The notes under the pieces were generated by a model. The model was not told the DNA's origin and searched no databases. It saw only the letters and a list, made by a program, of their open reading frames with translations. A DNA stretch of 64,000 bases from Candidatus Bathyarchaeota archaeon (GTDB lineage Archaea > Thermoproteota > Bathyarchaeia > TCS64). The stretch lies in NCBI GenBank assembly GCA_963769425.1, contig CAVYLP010000004.1:192001-256000 (forward strand), written 5' to 3'. This document shows positions 1-9,798 of the stretch, in pieces; position 1 is the first letter of the stretch, and each line of letters begins with the position of its first letter. A program made the position numbers and the translations under genes.

Positions 1-908
1 CTTGTCAAGGTGTCTCCCTTCTTCATCGCCTCCACTATGATACTTCTGTAGAGGACGATAGCATCATTCTCCGCGGCGTGATCGAGCATGAGGAAGTCGT
101 CTGGGGTGTCACCCACCTTGGGTAGCGGATCAGGGAGCCCAACCGCCTCTCCCTCGAGGAGGTATATCCTCTCCGAGATCTTCTCCAGGTGGTCCATCTC
201 CTGCATGAAGACGGGTTTGAGTAGTTCGCTCACAGCCTTCGCCTTGTTGTTGTCTGTGACTACCTCGAGGGGTGTCTCCTTCACCCTCAGCTTCAGATAT
301 GCGGCCTTCTCGTGCTGGTTCGTATACTGGATGATGGCCATGATCTCGCTTGCGACGGCCTTGTTGAGGAGGGCAAAGTAGTCATCTGTGAAGACCTTCC
401 TCCACTCACTTAGCTTGATGGTCTCCTTCTGGGACTCATCCTGCATGTGGGTGTATTCCTGGAACTTGAAGAGGTGCCCCTCCTCTTCTCCGTAGATCTT
501 CTCGAAGAGTTCACGGGTCTCATAGTCACCATTCTCAATGGTTGCCTCGAGGATCTGCCTGTAGAGGACGAGGGCCTCTTCCTCCGCTGCGACACCCAGT
601 CTCGCGAACTCGCTGAGTGAGTCTCCGACGATTGGTTTTTTCGCCTTGGTCGTCGCTTGGCCGCCGAGGTAGTATATCCTCTCCATGATGGAGGCGGCGT
701 GCTTCATCTCTTGGATGCCTATCTCGCGTAGGAACTTGCCCACGGCATCGTACGTCGTCTTGTCGAGGAGGACGTTCTCGGGGAGCTTCTTCCTCATCAG
801 CTTCTCCATCTTAGCGTGCTGGAGGAGGTACTGAATGCTCACCTGTATCTCCCTCTCGATTGCTCCGTTGAGCAGATCTATGTACTCTGGCGTTATCTTG
901 ACAGCCAT
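1..908 (-). CDS. Tandem ferritin/bacterioferritin-like domain protein (runs off window start)
   Basis: Manual translation from ATG at 908: MAVKITPEYIDLLNGAIEREIQVSIQY..QEMKH..EEEA..EEEGH, then a second repeat LLNKAVASEIMAIIQY..QEMDH..ENDA; diiron E/ExxH ligands in both halves. Not in the ORF track because it has no stop in the window. Confidence 0.85.
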   Translation of the reverse strand, partial: MAVKITPEYIDLLNGAIEREIQVSIQYLLQHAKMEKLMRKKLPENVLLDKTTYDAVGKFLREIGIQEMKHAASIMERIYYLGGQATTKAKKPIVGDSLSEFARLGVAAEEEALVLYRQILEATIENGDYETRELFEKIYGEEEGHLFKFQEYTHMQDESQKETIKLSEWRKVFTDDYFALLNKAVASEIMAIIQYTNQHEKAAYLKLRVKETPLEVVTDNNKAKAVSELLKPVFMQEMDHLEKISERIYLLEGEAVGLPDPLPKVGDTPDDFLMLDHAAENDAIVLYRSIIVEAMKKGDTLT

Positions 909-1039
909 TCTTCACAACCTTCTGAATAGTTTTAGGAAGCAAGGGATATTAATAATTCGGGTATTGTGGTGGGAAAATTGGCTAAAAATACATATTATTT
1001 AGTGACAATAATTTCCCTCGTGTTTCCAAGACTTTTTAA

Positions 1040-1603
1040 GTGAAAAATGGCAGAGCAAATGATTACATGCCCCAACTAGGCCTGACAATTCCTTCAGTTC
1101 TGACGATTGGAATAGTCCTGGTATGGCTGGCGTTGATGCTGGCCTATAGCCCCCTGGCGGACAGAATAGCGTCGCGGCTGGTAGGTAAGCCACCGACCCT
1201 CGACGTTTTCAGGGTGCTCCAGCAATCGAGGGGCAAGCTCGTAGCCGGAATCGCGGTAGCCTGGATCCTCAGCTTCGTGGAGGAGTTCGTTTTTCGGGGT
1301 GTCATCCTACTTTGGATTGTGGACTTATTGTTGCCCCTACTCGTTGAATCGACTGCAATCGGAATCGCGGTTTGTATCACGGCTGTTGGGGCGGGCGTCA
1401 TACACCTCTACCAAGGCCCGCGAGCAGCAGTCATCGTGACTCAGCTCTCGGTTCTATTCGGGCTACTCTTTGTCCTGAGTGGCTACAACTTGTGGGCCGT
1501 CGTGTTATGTCACGGGCTTTACGATACAATCGCGTTCATCAGGTTCGCGAACAAGAAATCAAAGTATTCGAACCTCAACGAGGCCAATAACCAAAGTGCC
1601 TAG
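1040..1603 (+). CDS. CPBP/CAAX-family intramembrane metalloprotease
   Basis: EEFVFRG motif, IHLYQG, LCHGLYD; several TM segments; start uncertain. Confidence 0.8.
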   Translation: MKNGRANDYMPQLGLTIPSVLTIGIVLVWLALMLAYSPLADRIASRLVGKPPTLDVFRVLQQSRGKLVAGIAVAWILSFVEEFVFRGVILLWIVDLLLPLLVESTAIGIAVCITAVGAGVIHLYQGPRAAVIVTQLSVLFGLLFVLSGYNLWAVVLCHGLYDTIAFIRFANKKSKYSNLNEANNQSA

Positions 1604-1660
1604 TCGGCCTTATCCTCGTTGGATTTGAAAAATGGTTTTTTGATTAGTACTCGTAGGATC

Positions 1661-2539
1661 CTAGGGCTTTGGGAGGCCGAGCATCTTCCTTGCCTCGTCG
1701 GGCTTCGCCACCTCGATATTGAGCGCCTCCGCGATGGTGACGATCCTCTTCACGAGGTCTGCGTTGCTCTTCGCCAACTCGCCATGCCGGATGTAAATGT
1801 TGTCCTCGAAGCCGACGCGGACGTGGCCGCCGAGAGTCATGGCAAACGCGCCCATTGGGAGTTGGGTCCTCCCCAGCGAGCAGACACTCCAGGTCCAGTT
1901 TGGTGGGAGTTGCTCCACGCCGTAGAGGAGCGCCTTCGGGTTCGGAGACCACCCTGTAGTTCCAATCATCACGAACTGCACGTGTAGGGGTTCCTTGAGC
2001 ACGCTGTCCTTGACGAGCATCTTCGTCGCATTAATCATACCGGTGTCGTAGAACTCGAGCTCCGGCTTGATGCCCGCCTCATACATGTACCCCACCCAAC
2101 GCCTGATTCTGGGTATCTCATTCATGAAGACGTTCTCGTAGGGGGGCGTCCAAAGGTTGATGGTCCCCATGTTGAGGCTCATCATCTCCGCGCCGAGGCC
2201 ACACCTCTCCTTGACCATCTCGTCGAGCTTCTCCCCCGTCGTCGGGCGTGCGCCCCCAGTCGTCATGTTGATGATGATGTCGCAGCGATCCTTGATCATC
2301 TTCGCGTATTGCTTGAAGTAGGGGTTTGGGTCCGCTGCTGGTTTACCCGTTACAGGGTCTTTCGCGTGTAGGTGTACGATGGAGGCCCCCGCCTCCCAAC
2401 ACTTGTAGGTCTCCTCCGCTATCTCCTCGGGGGAGCTCGGAACGTAGGGGGTCATCCCCTTGTGCACTGGCTCCCCGCCGGTCAGAGCCGCCGTGATAAT
2501 CATCTTCGCCATAAAGAGTCTATATACCATGTCGCTCAA
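1661..2539 (-). CDS. 3-keto-5-aminohexanoate cleavage enzyme (BKACE/DUF849) family
   Basis: IITAALTG, GASIVHLHAKD, SLNMGT, PELEFYD, GGHVRVGFEDN motifs. Confidence 0.92.
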   Translation of the reverse strand: MSDMVYRLFMAKMIITAALTGGEPVHKGMTPYVPSSPEEIAEETYKCWEAGASIVHLHAKDPVTGKPAADPNPYFKQYAKMIKDRCDIIINMTTGGARPTTGEKLDEMVKERCGLGAEMMSLNMGTINLWTPPYENVFMNEIPRIRRWVGYMYEAGIKPELEFYDTGMINATKMLVKDSVLKEPLHVQFVMIGTTGWSPNPKALLYGVEQLPPNWTWSVCSLGRTQLPMGAFAMTLGGHVRVGFEDNIYIRHGELAKSNADLVKRIVTIAEALNIEVAKPDEARKMLGLPKP

Positions 2540-2633
2540 CCAATTTTAACGGTTGCGAGTCGAGCACCCCGAAATGGGACAAAAACCCGAAGTACCCCGT
2601 AACCTTTAGACGCCCAGCGACCTTACACCCCAC

Positions 2634-3047
2634 GTGAAATTTAACGCACTGGTGCCCGAGCTGAGTGTCTCAAACCTCCAACGGAGCCGAGCCTTCTACA
2701 TAGACATACTAGGGTTCAAGGTCGAGTACGAGCGTCCCGCGAACAAGTTCATGTACCTAAGCTTTCAAGGCTCGCAGATCATGATCGAGGAGACGAACGG
2801 ACACTGGGCGACGGGTGATTTAACGCAACCCTACGGTCGGGGCATCAACTTCCAGTTCACGGTAGAGAACGTGAATGCCCTTATCGAATCACTACACGCA
2901 AACGGAATCCCACTCTTCCGCCCATTAACCGAGAGCTGGTACAGGGGTGGAGACACGCTATACGGGCTGAACGAATTTCTCGTCCAAGACCCCGACGGGT
3001 ACCTTCTCAGGTTTGCGCAGGACATAGGAAGCAAAACCGCGAAGTAG
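2634..3047 (+). CDS. VOC/glyoxalase-bleomycin resistance family protein
   Basis: LVPELSV..FY..LGF; EFLVQDPDGYLLRF. Confidence 0.9.
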   Translation: MKFNALVPELSVSNLQRSRAFYIDILGFKVEYERPANKFMYLSFQGSQIMIEETNGHWATGDLTQPYGRGINFQFTVENVNALIESLHANGIPLFRPLTESWYRGGDTLYGLNEFLVQDPDGYLLRFAQDIGSKTAK

Positions 3048-3157
3048 CGCTCGTATCCAAGGCGTAGAAGATTGAAGAGCAATTCCCATTGTTAACATGT
3101 GAACCGGTCTTCTCGCTATCGCCGCCCTTTTCAACGAGAAACACAATCAGGTACAGC

Positions 3158-3790
3158 ATGCCAATCCGTGTGGTCAGCTTCGACATGGAGGGTACCCTCG
3201 TCGACCACGCCTACAGCAAGCAGATATGGGAGGGGGATATCCCCGCTCTCTACGCCGAGGCGCACGGCCTACCCCTTGAAGAGGCGCGTAGGCGCGTCCT
3301 CGCCGAGTACGCTGAGGTGGGCGAGGGGCAACCGGAGTGGTATGATGTGGGCTACTGGTGGAAGCGTCTCGGCCTCCCCCACTACTGGCGGGACCTCCCT
3401 AAGAGGCGCAAGGAGGAGTGCAACGTCTACCCCGATGTCCCCAATGCACTTGCGCGCCTCGGGAAGCGCTACCCCCTCATAGTCTGCAGCAACACCATCA
3501 GGGAGTTCCTCAAGATACAGCTCGAGTGCATAGACTACCCCTTCAGCAGGGTTTTTTCCGCCCCCACCGACTTCCGTGCCGTCAAGAAGGCCCCAGACTT
3601 CTACCAGCGCGTCTGTGAGGTACTCGAAATCGAGCCCACAGAGCTAGCCCACGTGGGGGACCACGCCGAGTTCGACTACCGGGCACCAAAGCAGCTTGGC
3701 GTCAAGGCTTACCACCTAGACAGGTCAGGGGAACTGAACGGTGAGGACGTGGTACACGACCTCAACGAGTTCGCGGGGCGCTTACTCTAG
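3158..3790 (+). CDS. HAD-superfamily hydrolase
   Basis: FDMEGTL motif I, SN motif II, K motif III, HVGD motif IV; ATG at 3158. Confidence 0.88.
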   Translation: MPIRVVSFDMEGTLVDHAYSKQIWEGDIPALYAEAHGLPLEEARRRVLAEYAEVGEGQPEWYDVGYWWKRLGLPHYWRDLPKRRKEECNVYPDVPNALARLGKRYPLIVCSNTIREFLKIQLECIDYPFSRVFSAPTDFRAVKKAPDFYQRVCEVLEIEPTELAHVGDHAEFDYRAPKQLGVKAYHLDRSGELNGEDVVHDLNEFAGRLL

Positions 3791-4459
3791 CCCCATCGCC
3801 TTCTCGTACTCGTATACAAGGCGCGAGGTCACCACCCAGGCTTCCAACGCCTCCGGGTAGATGCTCACCGACTCGTCCGCTTCCTTGAGGGTCTCCTCCC
3901 TCATCGGGCCGTTCGGGTAGGCCCCGAGGAATACGAGCGGGTTGGGCTCAGTCGCTAGGTCCATGCAGAGGTCGCTGAGCCTTCTCGCCTTCCCGTGACT
4001 CGTCAGGGCAACCGTACGGCTTGGGTTCACGCCCTTCTTCACATCACTGAGGCTCTTCCGGGACAGGGTGATCAACGGGTCCCCATCCGGCGGGACGCGC
4101 TTTACCGCGAACAGCTGCTCGATCAGGCTCCTAAACCTGTAGCAGTCGCGGGGCAGCCTCAGCTCCGGGGAGACGTCGAGCAGGTCACTGTTCAGGGTGT
4201 GGACGATTAGCTTAAGCTTCCCCGCCTTATTTAGCGGCGACCCCAGTGCTTCAAGCAAGCAGAAGTGGATAATATCCGGTCTCCCCCTCTTCTCCGCCTC
4301 CGGTAGGCTCAGCATTGCATGGTGGTGGAGGCTCCTATCCAGCAGGACTTCCTCCGGGTTCTTTCCCTCTCTCTTCGCATTCCGCGTCACAGATGGATGG
4401 CGGGCGATTTTGCGCGGGACGAGCTCTAGCGAGGCTTCGACGAAGAGAAGGTTGAGCAT
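3782..4459 (-). CDS. nep1: 16S rRNA pseudouridine N1-methyltransferase Nep1/Emg1
   Basis: EASLELVP, LLDRSLHHHAM, RGRPDIIHFCLLEALGSPLN, RLPR; SPOUT-type C-terminus. Confidence 0.93.
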   Translation of the reverse strand: MLNLLFVEASLELVPRKIARHPSVTRNAKREGKNPEEVLLDRSLHHHAMLSLPEAEKRGRPDIIHFCLLEALGSPLNKAGKLKLIVHTLNSDLLDVSPELRLPRDCYRFRSLIEQLFAVKRVPPDGDPLITLSRKSLSDVKKGVNPSRTVALTSHGKARRLSDLCMDLATEPNPLVFLGAYPNGPMREETLKEADESVSIYPEALEAWVVTSRLVYEYEKAMGLE

Positions 4460-4497
4460 ATCTAGGAGAAAGAGAAGGCCCCCGGATAATAACCGTA

Positions 4498-4692
4498 TCA
4501 GACCTCAACTGTGCATGCGCCGTAGGGGCAACCGTTCACGCAGGCCATACACATTATGCAGTCCTGCGCCCTCGTAGGCTGCGCCTTCTGTTTTCCGTTG
4601 ATCTCGACCATGTCATAGACATTCATCGGGCATACCTGGGCGCAGACACCGGCTCCTTCACACTTCGCTAAATCGACTTTAACGTCTGGCAT
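4498..4692 (-). CDS. Dicluster-type ferredoxin
   Basis: CEGAGVCAQVCP and CIMCMACVNGCP. Confidence 0.88.
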   Translation of the reverse strand: MPDVKVDLAKCEGAGVCAQVCPMNVYDMVEINGKQKAQPTRAQDCIMCMACVNGCPYGACTVEV

Positions 4693-4780
4693 ATCATCAC
4701 GATGGTCACAACCCAAGCCTCCTTTGTAATCTCGACAAACTTCAGAATCTTCAATAGGTTAACTGAAGTTATACGGGTAG

Positions 4781-5020
4781 GTGTTTGGCTTGGCTGAGGA
4801 GTTCACACTAGCCCCTATGAGGAGGCTCATCAAGAAGCAGGGGGACCTCCGGATTAGCGAGGAGGCCGCTGAGGAGATGAGGCGCGCAGTTGGGGAGCTG
4901 GCGGAGAGGATCGCCGAGGCCGCAGCCGAGAATGCGATGAGGGATAATCGGAAGACTGTTTTAGAAAGAGATATCAGGGCCGCTCGTCTCAACGCATTGG
5001 ACAAGGCGCGTGGAATTTGA
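4781..5020 (+). CDS. Archaeal histone (HMf-like histone fold)
   Basis: LAPMRRLIK..RISEEA..IAEAA..A...RKTV..RDI pattern; start may be TTG 4790. Confidence 0.88.
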   Translation: MFGLAEEFTLAPMRRLIKKQGDLRISEEAAEEMRRAVGELAERIAEAAAENAMRDNRKTVLERDIRAARLNALDKARGI

Positions 5021-5631
5021 CTGAGACTCAGCCCAAGCGGAGGGGCTTAACAGGTGCATTCTTCGGGAAGTACTCGGATTATGCGCGGGGCCTTAGACCC
5101 ATCTTCCTCATCTGTTGTTTCCTCTTCGTCTTTAGTCTAATGATGGGCTACGCCCTTGGGGGAAACATGAACGGTAACGCGCTGCAGGACCTACTCGGTA
5201 CTTTTCCAGATATCAACAGCATGACCTTGCCGGAGCTCTTCGCCTTCATCGCAGCCAACAACACGTTCAAGAGCCTCCTCTTCATGTTCGGTGGACTCCT
5301 CGGTGGTGTACTCCCCCTCTTCTTCGTCATCTTTAATGGATTCACCGTCGGGTGGGTAGCCTATGATGTTGGTACTACCCAGGGGCTAGGCTACGCCATC
5401 GCTGGGCTAACACCTCATGGTGTGGTCGAAATACCCGCGATACTCCTTGCAATGGCTATGGGGATGAGTATAGGCTACACGATGCTAAACAGCCTCAGGG
5501 GGCAGGGGAACGTCGTTAAGGAGTTGAAAAATGCGTTCGGTTTCTTCGTAACACGAGTGTTCCCGCTACTAATCCTCGCGGCGTTGATTGAAGTCATCGT
5601 GACGCCCATCGTCATAGTCCTCTTTGGTTAG
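5017..5631 (+). CDS. SpoIIM/DUF95 family membrane protein
   Basis: FIAANN, FNGFTVG, PHGVVEIPA, AALIE motifs. Confidence 0.85.
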   Translation: MTETQPKRRGLTGAFFGKYSDYARGLRPIFLICCFLFVFSLMMGYALGGNMNGNALQDLLGTFPDINSMTLPELFAFIAANNTFKSLLFMFGGLLGGVLPLFFVIFNGFTVGWVAYDVGTTQGLGYAIAGLTPHGVVEIPAILLAMAMGMSIGYTMLNSLRGQGNVVKELKNAFGFFVTRVFPLLILAALIEVIVTPIVIVLFG

Positions 5632-5668
5632 GCCTAATCTTTTAGTTAGCCTGGTTGTAGTTTAGGGC

Positions 5669-6127
5669 ATGATCGTTAGAAACGGACACAAGTTCAACTG
5701 CTGCGAGAGCGTCTTGTTGATGGTTAATGAAAAATTCCCTCTCCCAGGTTACGATTTAGCTACCCTCAGGGTGGCTTCAAACCTCGGGGGTGGCGTAGCA
5801 GGTTGGGGCGACATGTGTGGCGCCCTTATTGGAGGCGTAATGGCGGTAGGGCTTATCTACGGGACTAACGGTGATGAATCCCTCCAGAAATTCGATGATA
5901 TGCGAATCGCAGAGCGCAAGATGACGCAAGAAATCATCAGGGAGTTCAAGGTGAGATGGGGGAACGTTGGTTGTTGTAGTCTACTAGGTTGTGAGGGCTG
6001 TACCCCAGAAGAGCGGGCAAAGCGAGGCGAAGATCTCCGAGCGAGGGGCGAGTCCCACTGCGATGACTATGTTGACTGGGTTGCTGAGAAGACCTTGAAT
6101 ATAATAAGGAAAAATGCTGTAAAATGA
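5669..6127 (+). CDS. C_GCAxxG_C_C family putative redox protein
   Basis: FNCCES, GGGVAGWGDMCGALIGG, later C and C. Confidence 0.85.
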   Translation: MIVRNGHKFNCCESVLLMVNEKFPLPGYDLATLRVASNLGGGVAGWGDMCGALIGGVMAVGLIYGTNGDESLQKFDDMRIAERKMTQEIIREFKVRWGNVGCCSLLGCEGCTPEERAKRGEDLRARGESHCDDYVDWVAEKTLNIIRKNAVK

Positions 6128-6273
6128 GTATATAGTAAAATTACTATCCATATTACAATTCAATAATGTATATTACCCCCCACAGTCTTCTTCGAATTGG
6201 CCGAGCGGCTAAAACTCAGGTCTGCCAAGTCACTCCTGAGGGTTTGTCGCAGAACTTCGCCGCTCGGCCGCTC

Positions 6274-6981
6274 TCAGAACCTAAGCCTCGCATCACCCAC
6301 ATAGGGGGCGACGAGGTCTCTGAACCGCTGCATCTCAGATAGGCTATAGGGCGTCACTTCCCCGCACTCTTTCGACAGGGTTGACCCCGGCTTAAAGCCC
6401 TGGAGCACGTACTTCTTCGATCCCCTCAGCGTCTCCGCAATCTCCAGGAGATCCTTTTCATCCAGTAACCCAGGTACAACGGTTGTTCTAAACTCGTAGT
6501 CTACGCCGCTCCTCCGAATGAGCTGGATGCTGTCAAGTAGCTCCTCTGGAGTAATCCTGTATCCAACTTTCTCCTGATACTTCTTCAGGGGGAACTTTAC
6601 ATCCATAGCTACATAGTCAACGAGCTTCTTTCCGAGGGCGTGGGCGAGCCTGCCGGGATGTGAGCCGTTCGTGTCGAGCTTCACTAGGCTCCCGATCGAT
6701 TTGAGTCGCCCTAGGAAAGCTGGTAATTCTCGGTGTACGGTGGGCTCTCCACCGGTTAGGCAGACTCCATCGAGGAATCCAAGCCTTGGATGGAGGAACG
6801 CGATCACTTCATCCTCGGTCACCTTCGGCATCGGGATGAAGTCAAAGATGAGCTCGGACTCTGAGCAGTAGGGGCACCTGAAGTTACAACCCGGAACGAT
6901 GAGGTTCGCACATATCTTCCCCGGGTAATCGCTTAGACTGAGCCTCTCGATCCCCACGATGGGGAGGCCTTGGCTTACCAC
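6274..6981 (-). CDS. nrdG: Anaerobic ribonucleoside-triphosphate reductase activating radical SAM protein
   Basis: SLSDYPG, GCNFRCPYC, TGGEPT, KLDTNGS, EFRTTVVP; overlaps the nrdD-like stop. Confidence 0.9.
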   Translation of the reverse strand: MVSQGLPIVGIERLSLSDYPGKICANLIVPGCNFRCPYCSESELIFDFIPMPKVTEDEVIAFLHPRLGFLDGVCLTGGEPTVHRELPAFLGRLKSIGSLVKLDTNGSHPGRLAHALGKKLVDYVAMDVKFPLKKYQEKVGYRITPEELLDSIQLIRRSGVDYEFRTTVVPGLLDEKDLLEIAETLRGSKKYVLQGFKPGSTLSKECGEVTPYSLSEMQRFRDLVAPYVGDARLRF

Positions 6982-8363
6982 CCGCTTACTACGGCGTAAG
7001 GACTGCGTAGCCTCACCTCCTCTCTCTCACCGGCTCCTAGATCAGAAACCGCTTTGTAGATGTAACCAATCCTTTCGTATTGCTCCTCACCCGAGGCTGT
7101 CGTGATACTTAACCTCGGGCTGATAGCAAAGCAGGGTACTTGTGCCCTCTCGAATATTTTTCTTACCAGAGTCTTACACTCGGACGGGTCCGTTATCCCC
7201 CTCTCTAGGAATACGTTGAAGATCGACCCGCCTGTGTACATGCCCTGAAGCTTCTTCTGGTGCTCGAGGGCGTCCCAGAGGTCGTCCGTGTAATCCACAG
7301 GGAGGCAGGTCGAGCGAGTATAGAATGGGACCTCGACACCCGATGTCTGCATCTCAGGGAACTTTTCCTTGTCCAACATGGCAAGATGATGTCCTGCATC
7401 ACCGGAAGGCTCCGCCTCGAGACAGAAACGGTGACCAGTATCCTTCTCATGCGCCTCGAGTCTGTCACGCATAGTCTCAATAATCTTGTAGGTGACCGCC
7501 TTCCCCTTCATCGATTCTATCCCTTTACCCATCAAATTTAGGAGAGCTTCATGTACTCCTACGACGACAACCGCGCCGAAAAAGTCGTCGAAGGACTCCA
7601 CAATGGAGGCTGTGGCGGGTAGACGACCTGCCTTAAGCTCCTCCTCAAGGTGGGCACGTTTAGCTTCCAGTCCTTCAACTGCCATATCAATTTGCGCTTC
7701 TATCCGTTCGAAGAAGATCTCCTCTTTGCCCGCGTCATGAGCTGCACGTGGCAGATTAGGTGTTATTGCCCCAATAACTCCCGTGTTTACACCTGAGGCG
7801 CCGCCATCCAGCCAAGGGTTCCTCAGCTCGTATCCCTCCTTGTGCTCTTTATTGATGAATATCGGTGAATTAAGAGACGAGGATGCTTCGAATATTGGGG
7901 AGTCCTCGACTGGCCAACTGTATGAGTTGGAGAGGTTAATAACTGGAGTAATGATTCGACCGCCATTTTCGCTCAAAGAAAAAACGGTTTTAAATAATTT
8001 TCCCAAGTTCTGCTCGTCTAGACCTAGGTAAAGATCCGGCGTTTTTCCTTTTATAGCGTGATCGAGGGCTCTTTTAATAAAGGGTCCGGGTCTCTCCCCA
8101 AATTTGTCTTGAATGAGGGTGGATAACCCGTTTAGCCTCAGGAAGCCATGCCACTCTTTCTCAGCTTTCTCCAGAAAGTCGTCGAGTTTATCCCACTTTT
8201 CCTCAATGCTTTGTCCTGAGTCTATACCCGTTACATTGGAGAGGTCCCAAGAAGACCAATATCCTCGATGATCATCGAATCCGTGAATGTAGAGGTCACC
8301 GACGCTATGGGCCCTAATGACCCTCGTTCCGTAAATGTGTGTAGAAGCCATCGTTGACCACAC
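6975..8363 (-). CDS. Divergent class III ribonucleotide reductase (NrdD)-like protein lacking catalytic Cys and Zn ribbon
   Basis: H..GDLYIH, TGVIGAITPNLPR, LEAEP, PFYTRSTCLPVDYTDDLWDALEHQ..LQ..YTGG are NrdD-type motifs; only 462 aa. Confidence 0.8.
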   Translation of the reverse strand: MWSTMASTHIYGTRVIRAHSVGDLYIHGFDDHRGYWSSWDLSNVTGIDSGQSIEEKWDKLDDFLEKAEKEWHGFLRLNGLSTLIQDKFGERPGPFIKRALDHAIKGKTPDLYLGLDEQNLGKLFKTVFSLSENGGRIITPVINLSNSYSWPVEDSPIFEASSSLNSPIFINKEHKEGYELRNPWLDGGASGVNTGVIGAITPNLPRAAHDAGKEEIFFERIEAQIDMAVEGLEAKRAHLEEELKAGRLPATASIVESFDDFFGAVVVVGVHEALLNLMGKGIESMKGKAVTYKIIETMRDRLEAHEKDTGHRFCLEAEPSGDAGHHLAMLDKEKFPEMQTSGVEVPFYTRSTCLPVDYTDDLWDALEHQKKLQGMYTGGSIFNVFLERGITDPSECKTLVRKIFERAQVPCFAISPRLSITTASGEEQYERIGYIYKAVSDLGAGEREEVRLRSPYAVVSGW

Positions 8364-8410
8364 ACCACTAAGCCCTCCGAGATTTATAGCTAATGTAAGA
8401 ATACGAATCG

Positions 8411-9262
8411 TTGAATAGTGTGCCGGATTATATCAAGTCGATTCTCTTGACCTCTAGGTCCCGGTTTCTCCCTTGGTACAGGGCCACGAAGGCAGCACTC
8501 GGCGATCTCGTGAAAGATCTGAGCGACGTCGACGTTATGGAGTTCGTCTCCGATGACAAGCTCCTCATTATCCCACTCTCCGAGGGCGACAAGGAGAAAC
8601 GGCCACTCCCTATCATCGAAATCGAGGAAGCTGGAGAAACACTGAGCGTATCCCTAGTCTATCGAGATGCTGAGAGCTTGAGGCATCTCCGAAACATACT
8701 TCATCCCAGCCAAGTGGATGCTCAGGGAGCCTTCAACGGTGTCATGAGACTACTACCAGTCTCATTCGAGACTCGGTTGTCGAAGAGGGGCTTTAAGGAG
8801 TCCAGCTTCGCGTTGCAGAAAAAGTATGTGGCGAGTCGTGTGGACGCTGCGATGCTTCAACGTCTCATCGAGGAGGCTGAGGTAATAAGATCCGGTGGGA
8901 GGCGGACAGCGAGTGGAAGGAGTATCTATGAGGCACCAGCGACGCCGGTGTTACAGCTGGTTTACGCCCAGATCAAATTCGATGAGGAGGAGCTTAGGAA
9001 AACGCTATCCGAGATGAAGCAGGTGATTATCCTTCTATCTGCTGTCAAGACCCAGAGAGAGATGATCCACTCGAAGATCGCAAAGCCTGTGGACGATGCG
9101 GCGAGTTATCGTGGATTCATCGAGCTCCTGAACAAAGCGCGATATCTGGGGATGCTCTCAGCGCAGGAGAGGCGTGGACTCGATAAGAAGTGGAGAGAGA
9201 TTCCAGACGAGAGGGGACCATTAGAGGAGGATCTCAGGCGTAGGCTCGGAGAGCCTACTTGA
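8411..9262 (+). CDS. Hypothetical protein
   Basis: 283-aa ORF, host-like composition, divergent from the nrdD-like gene. Confidence 0.65.
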   Translation: MNSVPDYIKSILLTSRSRFLPWYRATKAALGDLVKDLSDVDVMEFVSDDKLLIIPLSEGDKEKRPLPIIEIEEAGETLSVSLVYRDAESLRHLRNILHPSQVDAQGAFNGVMRLLPVSFETRLSKRGFKESSFALQKKYVASRVDAAMLQRLIEEAEVIRSGGRRTASGRSIYEAPATPVLQLVYAQIKFDEEELRKTLSEMKQVIILLSAVKTQREMIHSKIAKPVDDAASYRGFIELLNKARYLGMLSAQERRGLDKKWREIPDERGPLEEDLRRRLGEPT

Positions 9263-9728
9263 TAGTTTTAGCGAATTCTTTGCCCCAAGTTTTGCACTCG
9301 GCGAGTGTCTCCCTGAGCCTCGTCTTCAGCTCAGTATCGACCTTCACACAGACCTTGGGGTTTACCTTGTAGCCGAGGGCCTCGATGTATCCCTTGAGGC
9401 GGTCCTCCATGACCCAGGCGCCGTCGTATCCGTAGCTCCCGAATACCCCGGCCTTCCTACCTTTCATGTCCATCTTACCTAGCTTCACATAATCAGCGAC
9501 GTGGTCTAGAAAGTCCTTCATCTCGTTGGTTACGTCAGCGTACCTAGTTGGGCTGCCGAATACAACGCCGTCGCTCTCCTCGAGGAGGCTTAGGGGGAAG
9601 GGTTCCCCGATCTTCTTCATAGTAACCTCTGCGCCGGCCTCCTTCGCGCCCTCCAATATGGCGGAGGCCATCTTCTCGGTGTTCCCAGTCTTGCTGTCGT
9701 AGATAATCAGGATCTTCATGTTCTTCAC
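9255..9728 (-). CDS. Flavodoxin family protein
   Basis: YDSKTGNTEKMA FMN loop, FGSPT, FGSYG. Confidence 0.9.
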   Translation of the reverse strand: MKNMKILIIYDSKTGNTEKMASAILEGAKEAGAEVTMKKIGEPFPLSLLEESDGVVFGSPTRYADVTNEMKDFLDHVADYVKLGKMDMKGRKAGVFGSYGYDGAWVMEDRLKGYIEALGYKVNPKVCVKVDTELKTRLRETLAECKTWGKEFAKTIK

Positions 9729-9798
9729 TTTCGCCCAGCTGTTGCTTCAACTCTTCCCAACGGATTATATATAGGTTCCCGGGTGGACGGGGTTAGAT

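Noticed and set aside
3232-3244. GGGGATATCCCC palindrome resembling the end motif
   Set aside because: Lies inside the HAD coding sequence (EGDIP), has no spacer and no GGTTT arm.
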